A stretch of DNA of 64,000 nucleotides. It comes from Eledone cirrhosa. Its lineage: Eukaryota. The DNA lies in NCBI GenBank assembly GCA_964016885.1, contig OZ024740.1, positions 327,856,001 to 327,920,000 on the forward strand, given 5' to 3'. Made by a program: the position numbers and the translations under genes. The notes beneath the pieces are model-generated. The model searched no databases, was not told the origin of the DNA, and saw only the letters and a list, made by a program, of their open reading frames with translations. Positions 11,981-24,749 of this stretch are shown one piece after another. How positions within the stretch are numbered: position 1 is the first letter of the stretch; every line of letters starts with the position of its first letter.

Positions 11981-13062
11981 GAGAGATGATAAGTATAGAT
12001 TAATATTATTATTCAAAGGAGAATGGATTAGCAAAATCATTAGAGCATTAGATAAAACTCCTTATGGTATTTCTTCTGGCTCTCTATGCTTTTAGTTCAA
12101 ATCCTTCCAAGGACAACTTTGCTTTTCATTCTTTCAGGGCCAATAAACAAGGTACCAGGGCAGTGGATTCGAAGAATGTTAGAAGGCTAACTGTGTTGCA
12201 TTGTGGGGTCTGTTTTGACTCTTTGCATTTTGCATTCAAATTGATTAGAAAAGCTGTAGTGGGTGGATGAAAATTGTGGCTGTCTTCTTCTGCAGTAGGG
12301 TAATGATAATCACCTACCTCAAAAAGGAATATTATTATTAGGTTATGTGCAAAGCATTTATGGTATTTAGTTACAGTCCCTTATATTCTCAGTATAAATC
12401 TCTTTGAAATCAACTTTGCCTTTTATCTTTCCATGAGGCAGTTAAATAAATACCAGCCAAGTATTGATGTTGACTAACTCCACCCAGAATTGTGACCCTG
12501 TGCCTACATTACAAATCATTATTATTCAAGTTATGAATATTATTATTATTCAAGTTATGAGGGTGGAGAAATGGATGAGTCTTTAGAATATCAGACAAAT
12601 GTGTTGTAGTATTTTTTCTGTCTCTTTACTTTTGGAGTTCAAATCCCACTGAGGTCAAGTTTACCTTTCACCCTTCCATGGTTCATAAAATGAAGTATCC
12701 ATTACATAGTAAGGTCAATGAAATCAACTTTCCCCTTCCCTGCAATTGCTGCTCTTGGATTATTATTCAAGTCATGATAAAGATAATGGCCCTATAATTA
12801 CACCTGGAATTACAAGAATAATTAATCATCTAGCTTTACCTTTCATCCATTCTGGGTCAATAAACAAAGTACCAGTCCATGGCAGTGAATTAACAGGATT
12901 GTTAAAGTACCAAACAAGATGATTTGCAGTATCTGTTCCGGCTCTTTCCATTCTGAGTTCAAATTCCACTAATAACTTTTAATATGTACAAGAGTTTTAA
13001 ATGTAATGGTTTAAATAAATTTAGAAGCCACTTTATTTAACCCATACTTTTTCTATTACTAG

Positions 13063-13132
13063 TTTGTTTAACATATCTTGATGATGCTGAGAATGCTAAG
13101 AAAGCATATGAACGTGCTATGATGCTTGATCC
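13063..13132 (+). CDS. BBS4: BBS4 internal exon (70 bp)
   Basis: Acceptor ttactag|TT and donor CC|gtaagt. The phase-1 junction with the previous exon gives (I)CLTYLDDAENAKKAYERAMMLD(P), matching the BBS4 'VALTNLED.ENAKRAY' segment. Absent from the ORF track because it is short. Confidence 0.92.
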
Positions 13133-13273
13133 GTAAGTAACTCCTTTATTGTATATCCCTTTTCAAGTGGTTTGTGTGGAAGGGGCGTCTGTGACTGCTA
13201 TTGCTGTAGTTGTTGTTTAGAATGGGTAGAATTCTCTTATTGTCATTTGCAATAGCATGTACTTTAGTTTTAA

Positions 13274-13439
13274 CCCTTTAGCATTTAAACCAGCCATACC
13301 TGGCCAGAACTCTCTCACCTCTTTCTGTTCAAACCAGCTAAAACTGGCTGCTCAAAATAAATAACATCAACATTTTGTAGATTCAGTATTTACTGTGAAA
13401 ATACAATAGTAAATATAGAATATTGTAAATGCTAAAGGG
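13274..13439. mobile_element. piggyBac-type MITE
   Basis: TTAA-CCCTTTAGCATTT...AAATGCTAAAGGG-TTAA. Confidence 0.88.
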
Positions 13440-16400
13440 TTAAAGCTTTATACCCATTTTCCCATGCAGGTATCATTTGAATGGTTTTGCAATATTGCAG
13501 CCATCTAGACATATGAATACTTTATACTTGTAGCATCAGCATTTACTATATAAAATGTGTCACTGCATTGGGTGATGTTTCTATCTTCTCTATTTTGCTT
13601 TAGATTTTGATTAGGCATCAGATAAAATGCTTTGCAGTATTTATTCCTTCTGAGTTCAAATTCCACCAAAACTAAATTTGCCTTTCAATTTCACAGAGTC
13701 AATAAAATAAAGTACTAGCATCAAATAGGATGCCTTACAGCATTAATTAGTTCCATCTCCTTGTATTCTGAGTTTAAATCATGCCATGATGTACATAGCT
13801 GATAAAATTAATCAGTCACCTAGTTTAACATCATCACCTGTTCTTTGGGTGCCTCTAACAGGTTCACTCTATTGTAAGTGTTCAGAGCAGGTCTATGAGG
13901 CCCCTGAAAATGAGTCATAGAGACGATCCTTCCTACTGATTCATCAATAATAGAAAAAAGAAACCTACACTGAATGTTTTTTGGTTGAAGTAATTCAGTA
14001 GTTAGATGCAGAAGATAAATACCAACATAGGTAAGGAAAATGTAGGGATTTTAGTATGTGCAAAGGTGATGAATTGGCAGAGTTGTTAAGAGGTCAAATT
14101 AAAAGTGCCTCAGTATTTATTCCAGCTCAAATCCCTCCAAGGTCTACTTTGCCGATCACTATCTCATGTCTCCTCAAGCAGGGCTTACTAAAGGCTAAAC
14201 AACATCTATGATATTCTTCTGCCATGAGTACCATCAGCACATTGGCATCAAATTATTCCCATCTTAATTTTAGGCAATTATAGTATGTATATATGTATGG
14301 TTGAGTGATTGGTGACTAAACCAGCTCCTCCCACCACACCCTGGTCTGGTGAGGAGTCTAAGTGGAACACCAGCAGTGCAAAAAAGAAGAGCTATTAAAA
14401 GAGTGGGCGAACTCTGAGTCAACGACCATTGTCCCCAACTATGGGTTAGATAGCCTCACCAACTCGCAATTGGCCAAATATGGTGTGTAAGGGATGATCA
14501 AAACCAATCAGAAAGTGGTGGAGGTCAATCAGGGAAGGGTTCCTCCAAACGGAGTGAGAAGTCCCTGGATTGGATTAGATTGGTATGTATGTGTGTGTGT
14601 GCCATAAGAACCCATCTTCTCTCCATGTTTGAACACAATTGATTTCTTCCAAAGGAAAGAGTGTTATACTGAGGAAGTGAGAAAGAGATATAGAGGAAGA
14701 ATTGACACTAGCACTAGGCGGGGGGGGGGGGGGGGTCAATGGGATTTTAACTTAGAGAGTGCAGAGAGCTAGAACAAATTCCTCAAGGCTTTCTATCCAA
14801 TATTCTAACATCTCTGCCAATCCACCACCTAGGCAATTATAGTACACTTCAAATATTTAAATTTAATCAACATAAGTGAACAGAGTTAAAATGAAAGTGT
14901 GGATGGGTGTTTTAATTGTTGTATTTTCCATGTTTTAGCTTTAAGTATTGTGTACCACACCTCTGACTGAAATTGTTGTATTGACTTATTATGTAACCTT
15001 CAAAAATGTATTTAGGCCACTCTATGTAACTGTGGCTTTTGTAATTTAGTGATCAAGTTGCTGGTTTGAATTTTAATATCATTGTCAGCATTATCATCAT
15101 TTAACATCCATTTTCCCTGCTAGCAAGGAAGGGTTTGGCTTGTCATCACAGACTGCATGCATTTTATCATGGCACCAACACTAAAGAAGATTTCATGTCC
15201 TTGGCATAGCTGAAGAGCCTTCTAGGCCCTTTCTTTGGCAGGTTTTCTATGGATGGATGCCCTTCTTATCACCAGCCAATTTACAGAAGTATATGGGGTG
15301 ATTGTTTATTTATGTGGATCACCAACACTTTGGAGTTGTCATTTCTATGGCACAGCTGAAGAACTGAAGAATTTGTAGTATCTTTACTAGTCAACAGATA
15401 TTTTATTTTTAATAAATCAATTCACAGTTGTATAAATAACATTACAAATATTGATGGAAATATGAAAGAAAAAGAAAAAAAGAAAAGAAAAGGATAAAAA
15501 CAAAACCAAGCAATGAACAGAGAGGGAAGGGGTAAAGAAGGGCTGATCTGATTGTATAGGAAAGTAGGAGAAAATTTGTAATATTAAGGTAAATCCTATA
15601 ATTTTCTATATGATGCAGTTACATATATGATGCAATGTCTTGTTAATTCAGTCTCATGTGGTACAGGATGTTAAGAAATACATCTACAAATAAATACACA
15701 TGCGTAGATAATAACACACACACACATACACATGCCTATAGATACATACACAAAACTCCATCTCCCTTAAATAGAGCACTGTTAGAAATCAAGAATGAAC
15801 ATTACACATACTAGTGAGAAGGGTAGGGAAGCAACACGCACACACATTGGTGTGAGGATATTATGGCTTAGTCAGAAAGAAACTACAGTACTCATGACCT
15901 TTGCTCCACCACCCTCCCTAGACATTGATACAGTTTATGTTCAACTTGAACATCTCCAAGAAGAAACAAATAAAAACATGAGTCAGTACTAAATTCTAAA
16001 TGATTGATACAATGGAAAGGAAGGATTGAGTTAGTGTGGAGTAAGACACAGTAGAGGGGAACAAGAAGGGAGATGAGTGTGTTGAGTGGCCTAAGTGGGG
16101 TTGGTGTATAACTAGTTAGTTCAAAGGGATAGAGGCCATTATTGTAGTGAATAAATAGACAGAGAAGATACAGTGTGTCTGTATGTTGGGGAGTGAGGTT
16201 TTACCACTTAGTCTGGATGTTTGGTTAAACCTAAAAGAAAGAGAGAGCAGTATTGGAAAGGACTATAAATGCCATAAATGAGAGGAAAAGGAGGTGGAGA
16301 GCAAGGACAAAAGAAGAAAACTAAACTACAACCATCAGTATTCTAGTCATATAATACCATGAATGTAAATTTTGGATTCAGTCTAGGATGTTTTTGTTTG

Positions 16401-16873
16401 TAGCAGCAGTGGCTAAGATCTGAGAGCAGTATAATGTAGGTCTTAATTGAGCTATATATTTAGGAATTAGATAATTATAAACCTTTCTGTAGTGTCTTGA
16501 AACTGTTAGTTTGATGAACATGTTCTACTACCAAGAACTTGGAATATATTCAGTTTCATTCCACTCCAAAACTTCATATGCTACTTGAAATATAAATATA
16601 CTTCAGTATTCTGGATATTTATATCTTCTGTCTTCCGCTCTCTTCTTTTCAATATTTGTATGTGTATATGTGATTGTGTATGTGTGCATGTATATGTGTG
16701 TTTGTGTACATGAATGTGTATGTATGTGTGTGTATGTACATGAATGTGTATGTGTGTGTATGTATATGTGTGTTTGTGTACATGTGTGTTTGTGTGCATG
16801 TAAGCATGCAATGTGTGTAATTGCTGCATTCAACAAAAATTAACATTTGTTACTTCCTGCTTTTCTCTCCTAG

Positions 16874-17012
16874 AGATGATCTGACTATTTGCCTGAACTA
16901 TGTCATCTATTTGAACAAACAAGGAATGCAGCAAAAAGCTGCCAGACAGTTTGATATCTTTGAACTGAAAAAGGATTCCTATAAATTAGCTGGCGGTGTT
17001 GTTGATCAAGAG
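16874..17012 (+). CDS. BBS4: BBS4 internal exon (139 bp)
   Basis: Acceptor tctcctag|A and donor GAG|gtaaag. The phase-2 junction stays in frame: DDLTICLNYVIYLNKQGMQQKAARQFDIFELKK..., similar to the BBS4 'LNYAVLLYNQG' segment. Confidence 0.9.
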
Positions 17013-17699
17013 GTAAAGAAAATTTAAACTCTACAATATTTTTTTCAATATTTTTTTTATATTTGTCATTATTTTTGTTTTTGTGAAAGTTAGCAGAAAA
17101 GCAGTGGATTAGCTGAATCGTTAGAACATTCAATAGAGTGCTTTGTGGCATTTGTTCTATCTATCAGTGTTCTCTGAGTTTAAATCCTACTGAGGTCGAC
17201 TTAGCCTTTCAACCTTTGGAGGTTAATAAAAAAAAAATACCAGTCCAGTACTGGAGTAGATTCTTCTTCTATATCACATTCTCACTTCCTCTATCACTCT
17301 CTCTCCTTTTTCGGGGGAAGAAATTGGCTGTGTTCAGACCTGGAGAGAGGATGGAATCAGTTAGTACATATATGTGCTTATGTATGCATATATCATCATT
17401 ATTTTATGCCTGTTGTTCCATGAGTGCATGGGCTAGACAAATCCTTCTCAGTTTCAATCGTTAAAATTGCAGGTGGTCTGAAAGTTGATGAGTGTATTTT
17501 AATGTTTGTAATTGTCTCTCATCCACTCTATTTCTTCCTATCAATCAATTCTTTGAGTCCACTCACTTCGAGCTGCTGCTGATTTCTGTCCTTTGAGGTA
17601 ATGTTTTACCCATCGCCGTTTTGATGGCATTTTGCTGTTTTAACAGCTTCCTTACGCTGAGTTTTTCCATTTTCCTACGAATATATATATATATATATA

Positions 17700-17903
17700 G
17701 GAAAAGAATCAGGACCCCGATGGCTGAGCTCCGACCATTTCGACTGCTAGATCCGAACTGAAGAGTTTTGATCTAGCTGTCAAAACGGCCGGATCTCCGC
17801 CATCGGGGTCCTGACTCTTTTCCCATTACCCACTCTACTACCCTAAATATTGAGTACTCAGGTGTGTTATGGTCCACCTGATATCTTACCACACCCTCTT
17901 TGT
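17700..17903. mobile_element. Fold-back element embedded in (TA)n (probable Penelope-derived)
   Basis: ~60-bp imperfect hairpin at 17700-17823 (GGAAAAGAATCAGGACCCCGATGGC.../...GCCATCGGGGTCCTGACTCTTTTCC). Tail ACTCTACTACCC..A.TATTGAGT is shared with ~19206-19229. Confidence 0.55.
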
Positions 17904-18391
17904 TATATATATATATATATCATCATTATCATAATTTAATATCCATTTTTTTCCATGGGTTAGATGGGTTGTCACAGAGACCCCTTCTTGCTCATATGGA
18001 TCTGTATTTTGGCTTGGTTTCTATGGCTGGATGTCTTTTCAACCACGTTACAGTATAGACTGGGTGCTTTTTATCTGGCACCAAAATAACCACCTTACAA
18101 GGTGAACTGGACACTTTTTGTTATGTCAACCACACGATCACCTTACAGTGTGGATGTGACACTTTTTGTCGTATCATTCATATATGTTAATAAGTAGGAA
18201 AGAAGATAGGACCCTGAGGACTACTTTAAGAGTATATGTATCTCAGGGCTGCTCAACCACTTACATGTTAATTTCTCGGACAAACAGTACAATTGCTTGT
18301 ATCAACTGGAGCACTTGTTGTCCAACAACATATCTTTGTGTGTGCATAAAATTAATTCTTTTTTTTTTTTTGTAATCTTTATTTTTGTTAG

Positions 18392-18775
18392 ATTTTGGTA
18401 ACTGCTAATCAGCTCAGCTTGACTGTCCAAGTTAATGAAAACCCAGTTCAGAAGAATCCCAATTCAGGAGATGCTTCAGAAATTCCAACATTGAAATCCC
18501 TGGCCAAAGAAAATAGCACCAATTTCGAATTCAAAGGCAAAATTAATCCCATTATAGGTGAATCTCCAACTACTGATGCAAAAAATTCTGTTGAAAAATG
18601 GGAACCATCCCATATTCTTAGTCCAAGACCAAAGCAAACAAGACTAACTAGTTTACCTCCTTTACAAACTAGTAGTGAACTTCTAAAACTGAGAGAAACT
18701 TTATCATTTTCTAAGACACCAGCTTTGATGAAGGAATCTGAAAATACTAATCCAAAATTTGAATCTCTAAAATAA
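18392..18775 (+). CDS. BBS4: BBS4 terminal coding exon (divergent S/T/P-rich tail)
   Basis: Polypyrimidine tract and ttag|ATT acceptor, phase 0 and in frame with the previous exon. Open for 127 codons to TAA (ILVTANQLSLTVQVNENPVQ...KFESLK*). Confidence 0.8.
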   Translation: MLVTANQLSLTVQVNENPVQKNPNSGDASEIPTLKSLAKENSTNFEFKGKINPIIGESPTTDAKNSVEKWEPSHILSPRPKQTRLTSLPPLQTSSELLKLRETLSFSKTPALMKESENTNPKFESLK

Positions 18776-19472
18776 TGAACAGAGAAGCCAGTGCATACAT
18801 TCTAGGTTGTAACGACTCATATCTACTGGCATTATAGGAAAGAAATATTTTAGGTCATTTAGTTTTTTTACAATTCCAGACACACACACACATATATATA
18901 TAATCATCATCATATATGTAGTCAGGTGTACAAATGTAGCAGATTTTATTTATGTGTTCAAAGATTTATTCCATCATTACTTGAAGTTCCTTACTTTTAT
19001 ACATTCATTTAGACAAATAGATAATATATGTATATGTATATAAATATAACTTTGATAGGTTTCTGCCAATATTGGCTCACTTAATAGCAACACTGGCCAG
19101 TTGGGTAAATATACAAAAGATGGTGAGAACTCAATAGCGGTTATGTTAACTCACTAACATTTTAGCAGTCATTGAAACGGCAAGAACTCTTTATCATATA
19201 GTCATACTCTACTACCCCAAGTATTGAGTGTTCTGTTGAGTGATGGTCTAACTAGTTTTAAACTGGTTCTATCCAGATATATATATATCTATATATAAGT
19301 AAAAACTTACTTATTTTAGCCAATTTAGTTATATCCCCACCAAAATGAGATTTTGGATTAAGTTTAATATATTTTATTACTTCTCTGAGTAGATAGTCTA
19401 TTAATATATTTTATCCTTTCATTAAGATGTTTAAGTATTAGAGACCATTAACTTTATAAAATTATATATTAA

Positions 19473-19532
<60 letters not shown>

Positions 19533-19650
19533 TATAAATGTAATCTGAGTTTTTTAATATTAATAATAATATTCGATTTGTTTGCAATTATTCAAACAGC
19601 CTCTTTTATAGGCCATGTCAGTAGAATGAACCCCTCATTCTCGCTCTTAT

Positions 19651-19733
19651 GTTGGCATGCAAACAGAACTGCAAACACTAATGTTTCTGGGTGTTTACCC
19701 TTCATCAGTGCAGTTTACTGCTTACCTGCCAAC
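19651..19733 (-). ncRNA. Type I hammerhead ribozyme motif
   Basis: Minus strand: GUUGGCAGGUAAGCAGUAAACUGCA-CUGAUGA-A-GGGU-AAAC-ACCC-A-GAAA-CAUUAGUG-UU/UGCAGUUCUGUUUGCAUGCCAAC. Stems I, II and III can all form; predicted cleavage between 19674 and 19673. Confidence 0.8.
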
Positions 19734-20191
19734 TGTCAGAGCTAGTGAAGATATATGATATTTTCTGAAATATACAGTGACTGATCAGCCTGATTTACAT
19801 ATTAGCAGACTGGCTGATCAGTCAGATCTGCATATTAGCAGACCCACTGATTATCATGTGGGCGATGTCGCAAAATAATTTTTTATTTTATAAATTAACT
19901 TAGTCTATGCCAACAATATATTCTGTAGAACGAAACAATAGAATCTGAAGAAACTGGTGATGGCCTTCAACAGTAAATAGTGAAGTACAAATGTCCTCAA
20001 ACTAGAATACATTATCTTGCCATCTGAAAGATAAGCCTAGCTTAGGAAAAGACATACATTCTCTATAAGTTTACTCTGCTATTCATATAATTAATATTTC
20101 AGAAAGTTTAAGGAGAATACACTTCCACTGAAGAGTTGCAATAAAAACAAAACATGTTTAGCTTTTCTTCTCTAATACTTGTCAATATTAA

Positions 20192-20396
20192 CACTTTAGT
20201 ATTTACATTACTCTATACTTACTATTGTATTTTCATGGTAAATGCTTTATCTCACATAATATTGAATCTATGAGATTTTGATATTATTTTGAGAACAATA
20301 CCTTAATGTCTGTATGAGCAACCAATTATGGTGGATTTTGAACAGAAAGAGGTGAGAGAATTCTGGCTGGACACTGCCAGTTTAAATGCGAAAGGG
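20192..20396. mobile_element. piggyBac-type MITE (diverged)
   Basis: TTAA-CACTTTAGTATTT...AAATGCGAAAGGG-TTAA. Body matches 8639-8858. Confidence 0.8.
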
Positions 20397-20632
20397 TTAA
20401 TGTATTATTGGTCATCAGTCCATTATTATTATCATTACTTGAGTTCAAGTCACACCGAGGTTAGCTTTGCCTTTCATCCTTACGAGGTCGATAAAATAAT
20501 GTACGATTAATACACTGGGCCGATTTGATCGACTTTCCCTTACCCTCAAAATTGTTGGCCTTGTGACTATATCAGAAACCATTAATATTATCATTACTTC
20601 ACTGCATATCTGGTATTATTTAATATTTTTAA

Positions 20633-20820
20633 GGTTGGTGGATTGGCAGTATCGGTAGAGGGTCGGACGCAATGCTTTGCAGCAAAGAGTTACGGCCCTT
20701 TCCATTCTGAGTTCAAATCTCGCCGAGGTTAACTTTGCCTTTCATCCTTACAGGGTCGATAAAATAAAGTACCAGTAATACACTGGGATAATTGCTGGCC
20801 TTGTGCCAAAAGTAGAAACA
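20633..20820 (+). mobile_element. Young full-length SINE with 18-bp TSD
   Basis: Flanked by ATTATTTAATATTTTTAA at 20615-20632 and 20821-20838. Confidence 0.88.
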
Positions 20821-23269
20821 ATTATTTAATATTTTTAACAGTACCAACATAAAATGTGCCTTCACACTTTTTATGATTTATTCTTTTATTCCTTTGCTGG
20901 CTTAAATCATTGTGGTATGGACCTTGCTGGTGCACCATCTTCTAAGGTATAAAGGTAACATGAGATGTTTTTATTAGAACACATTGAAAAAATGACTGAA
21001 AAATTATTTACATATTTATTTTTTATCATATTGATACTGAAATGTGCAATCTTAGGACATAAATACAGAAAAGAAATTCTATGAATTCTTCTCAAAATGT
21101 TGCCCATGATAATAATAACAGGGATTTATAATAAAAATTAATCATCATCATCATCATCATCATCATTTAATGTCTATCTTCCACACTAGCATGGGTTAAA
21201 CGGTTTTGTTCCATTTGATGCGGACAAACACTACACCCTCTCAAGACACACAGAAGTATATTCAGTTATGGAGTGAAAACATAATGTATTCAGCAACTAA
21301 ATTATTTTTAAATAGTAATATACCAAAGATTCTATATCTCTACATATTATCTTAACAAAACCACACAGTTATATTAATACTCCCCCCATTATCATGATAA
21401 TAGTAGTAATATGCCAATGGTTGTATTTTATGTCTGCACTTCATCATTATGCACTCTGGAACAACATTTTGTTTCTATTTGTAAATATATTATTGTAATA
21501 AACAAAAATTACCTTGTTTGTTCTTGAGTTGTCAATTATATTTATAAATCTATATAAGTGTGAAAGTTTGTTTGCTTATCTTGAAAAAATGTCAACATGT
21601 CTCAATAATAAGAATTGACTCAGGCATTGTTGACCTATCCAAGCATAGAAAGCAGACATAGACATATGATGATGATGGTGATGATGATGATTGTGGTGTA
21701 TCTGTGTGTATATATATGAGATATATATCGTTTTACAAAAACAATATAAAAGTAATTCATCATAATAAGCAAAACAAAAGGCTATGTAAAAGAATTTTCA
21801 AAAAAAAGATGTGTATACAAACTCCTATTGAGTAAAAAAGCAATGATTACACTAGAGGCAAATTATTCATTAAAACAAGACACCAAATACATTAATACAT
21901 TAAATTTTACGTATTAATGTATTTGTTGTCTTTTTTAATGAATATATAGGAAAAGAGTATTAGAATGGCAGAAATCTAGCTGAATTATCTAGGGGCACAG
22001 TCCATATATGAGCATGCAGTCAAAACAAGCAAAAATAAGCAAAAATATTTAATTAAAAAAAAAAAAGATTTGTTGTTTTTCTTGTCTATCATTGAAGTGG
22101 TCAATGATCTGGGATGTCTTGTACATAGTTAAATTTCTTCATTCCGGGGGGGGGGGGGGGTAAACAGGCCTGAAAAACAAAGGGGAGTAAGAAGGCAGTC
22201 TGACCTGTGAATGCCAAGCCAGTTAGGTGTGCACGCATAGCATTAAGAGAGATTTAATTCTATACAACTTTCTTTCATTTATAGAAACACTGCAAACTTC
22301 AATTCAAAGAGATAAAAATATATTTTTCACATGTAAGAATCAAAGAAGGTAGTTAGAAAGTTTAAGTTAAGTTTACCTAATCTAACTCTTGGCTAAAGAG
22401 CAAAGCATTTATATTTTAATGCTAATTCAGTTCCTGAAAAAGAAATCTAGATATCAATTACTCTAATGCACAGGAAGGGCACCTCATACACTAATTTATT
22501 TGTATTTTCTTTTATATTCAGACACCAAAAAATGAACCCTAGTCTAGTAAGGTGTTATAGCCATCTGTTTGGGCAGTATGTATATTTTAACAAGAGTAAA
22601 AATATTCTGGTTTTACCTAAGGAAGATTAGGAACTGTTTATAATAGTGTACGTATGCAAAGATCCACCTAAGTGTATTTAGAATGTGTAAATAACAAAGA
22701 AAAAGTTCTATTTCTACCTAAGTAATCTTGGGGTTTCCTCTATTTTAGTTTGTAATTGGGAAGGAGATAAAGACGAGATATACCCCCCCCCCCCTCCCCT
22801 GGTCGTGAGAGGGTTTGAAGGTAATATATGTCCTATATATTCTGTGTTAACAAGTTCAGCCTTTTTGTTTAACAATTGGTCCTTTGCAAACAGCATCTGA
22901 ATCGTTTCCTCTGATCATAAATTGCATGGACGGCATGTAGGAAGGATAGCAGGAAGCTGCCACTGTCAGGGAAGTAGCTTTGTTCGATGGATTGAAAAGA
23001 GGTGGGTAGAAACTCCATAAAATGCACATAGTATAACCTATGGACACACAAGAGATGTGAGATTGCAGGCAAACAAACAGACAAAATAGATTGTATGTGT
23101 AGTAGATGCACAGAAGATGTAAGCAATCAGAGCACATGTGTAACAGATTCACTCAATTGCCAGGAAGACTCCCTAGATGTTCTTAACAGCTTTTTTACTA
23201 AACAACAGTGGGTTAGGATGTTCTAAAAGTATGGTATCCAAAGTAAGAACAATATGGAAGAAGTTTAAA

Positions 23270-23700
23270 GAACTAATGTCTCTGCTCACAAATGAGGGCT
23301 TCACTTTCTGAGTGAAGAGTAAACTGTATGTGAAGGATGCCTGCATGTGAATTGCAATGTTACATAGCAGTGAGATATGGGCTTTAACTACAGAAGACCT
23401 ATGAGGGCTAAAAAGAAATGAAGTAAGTACGCTCTGATGGATGTGTAATGTCAGTGTGTATGAATGACGTAGCATAAGTGAGCGAAGAGTAAAACTAAGT
23501 GGGATTGGATGTAGGATGCAAGAGAGAAGACTTCATTGGTATGGGCATGTAGTGCATATGGAAGATAGCTATATAAAAATATGCAGAGAAATTTCAATGG
23601 ATGGGACTTGTGGAAGAGGCATACCTAGGAAGACATGGAATATCATTAAAAAGCTGAAATAACAAAGGACTGCAAAGAGTGACAACATGCTAGACAGACG
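23270..23700 (+). mobile_element. RTE LINE 3' fragment (a minus-strand fragment abuts at ~22940-23270)
   Basis: Decayed MLHSSEIWAL ... RRLHWYGHVVHM ... RGIPRKTW motifs. Confidence 0.7.
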
Positions 23701-24749
23701 ATCTGCCTACAACTTGATTCATTCACTTTGCCCCTGTCACTGCCACTCCTTAATAACAGTTACCTCCATTTTCATTTCCCACCCTCCACTATCACTCCTT
23801 AGCTATTCTCACAAACACTGTATACCTCCCAGCACATACTTCACCACACCTACTCCTTAAATCCAAGCTCCTCACTCTACTTCAGACCACCTAAAGTCCT
23901 AACACATCAGTTTTAACTTACACACCCTTCTACCTCACCACTACCCCAACCCTCTCAGTAATGGACTGTACCTGTAATTCAAAGGGTCAGCCTTGTCACA
24001 CACTGTGTCATGATGAACCTTTCCAAGAATTACTGTATGGTTACACATGGCCGAGGAATAATCAGCCACTTAATTTTATGTACTGTTGATCAAACAACTG
24101 GCACATTCATCAAAACCAACAGAGGTTCATTCTCTCTCTTCTTTTCTTTTCTCTATATATATTATATTAACAAAACTATTTTTCAATACTAAAAGTTAAA
24201 GATTATAGTGGTGCAATTTGAGGGTGATTTCGATGAAAATTCTAACAAGTTCAGTGCCCAGTCAGAGACTCCCTTGATGGTTTATATCCTGCCAGTTTGC
24301 AGCTATGAGGTACCTATTTTCACCTGAGATACAAAGTATAAAAAATGGTACAAATTTCATTTGTTGTTGTCTAGCTCTAGGTCAGCTTTTGTCAATCAGG
24401 CTTACGACCAGATTCATTCCAGCCATTATCAAACCATTTTTAGTTTGTCTTTTCCATAGTGTGTATAAAACCATATTATCTAATGAATCCTTTATGAGGT
24501 ACTAATTTAGAGCCAATGTTCAACTATAGTAACACCCTTCACATGTTTCAACTAATTGTACCAATCTTTAGAATCCACCCACGACCATTTATCTTGGCAA
24601 TGTAGGTCCAGCTACAACTATAATACCTGGCCAGTTTTTTTAGTTACTCTATGTGTCAGATGACGAAAGACAACAACAAATGTCAAGTTATTGTGAGACC
24701 CATCCAACCCATACTAGAATGGAAAAGCAGACATAAAAATGATGATGAT

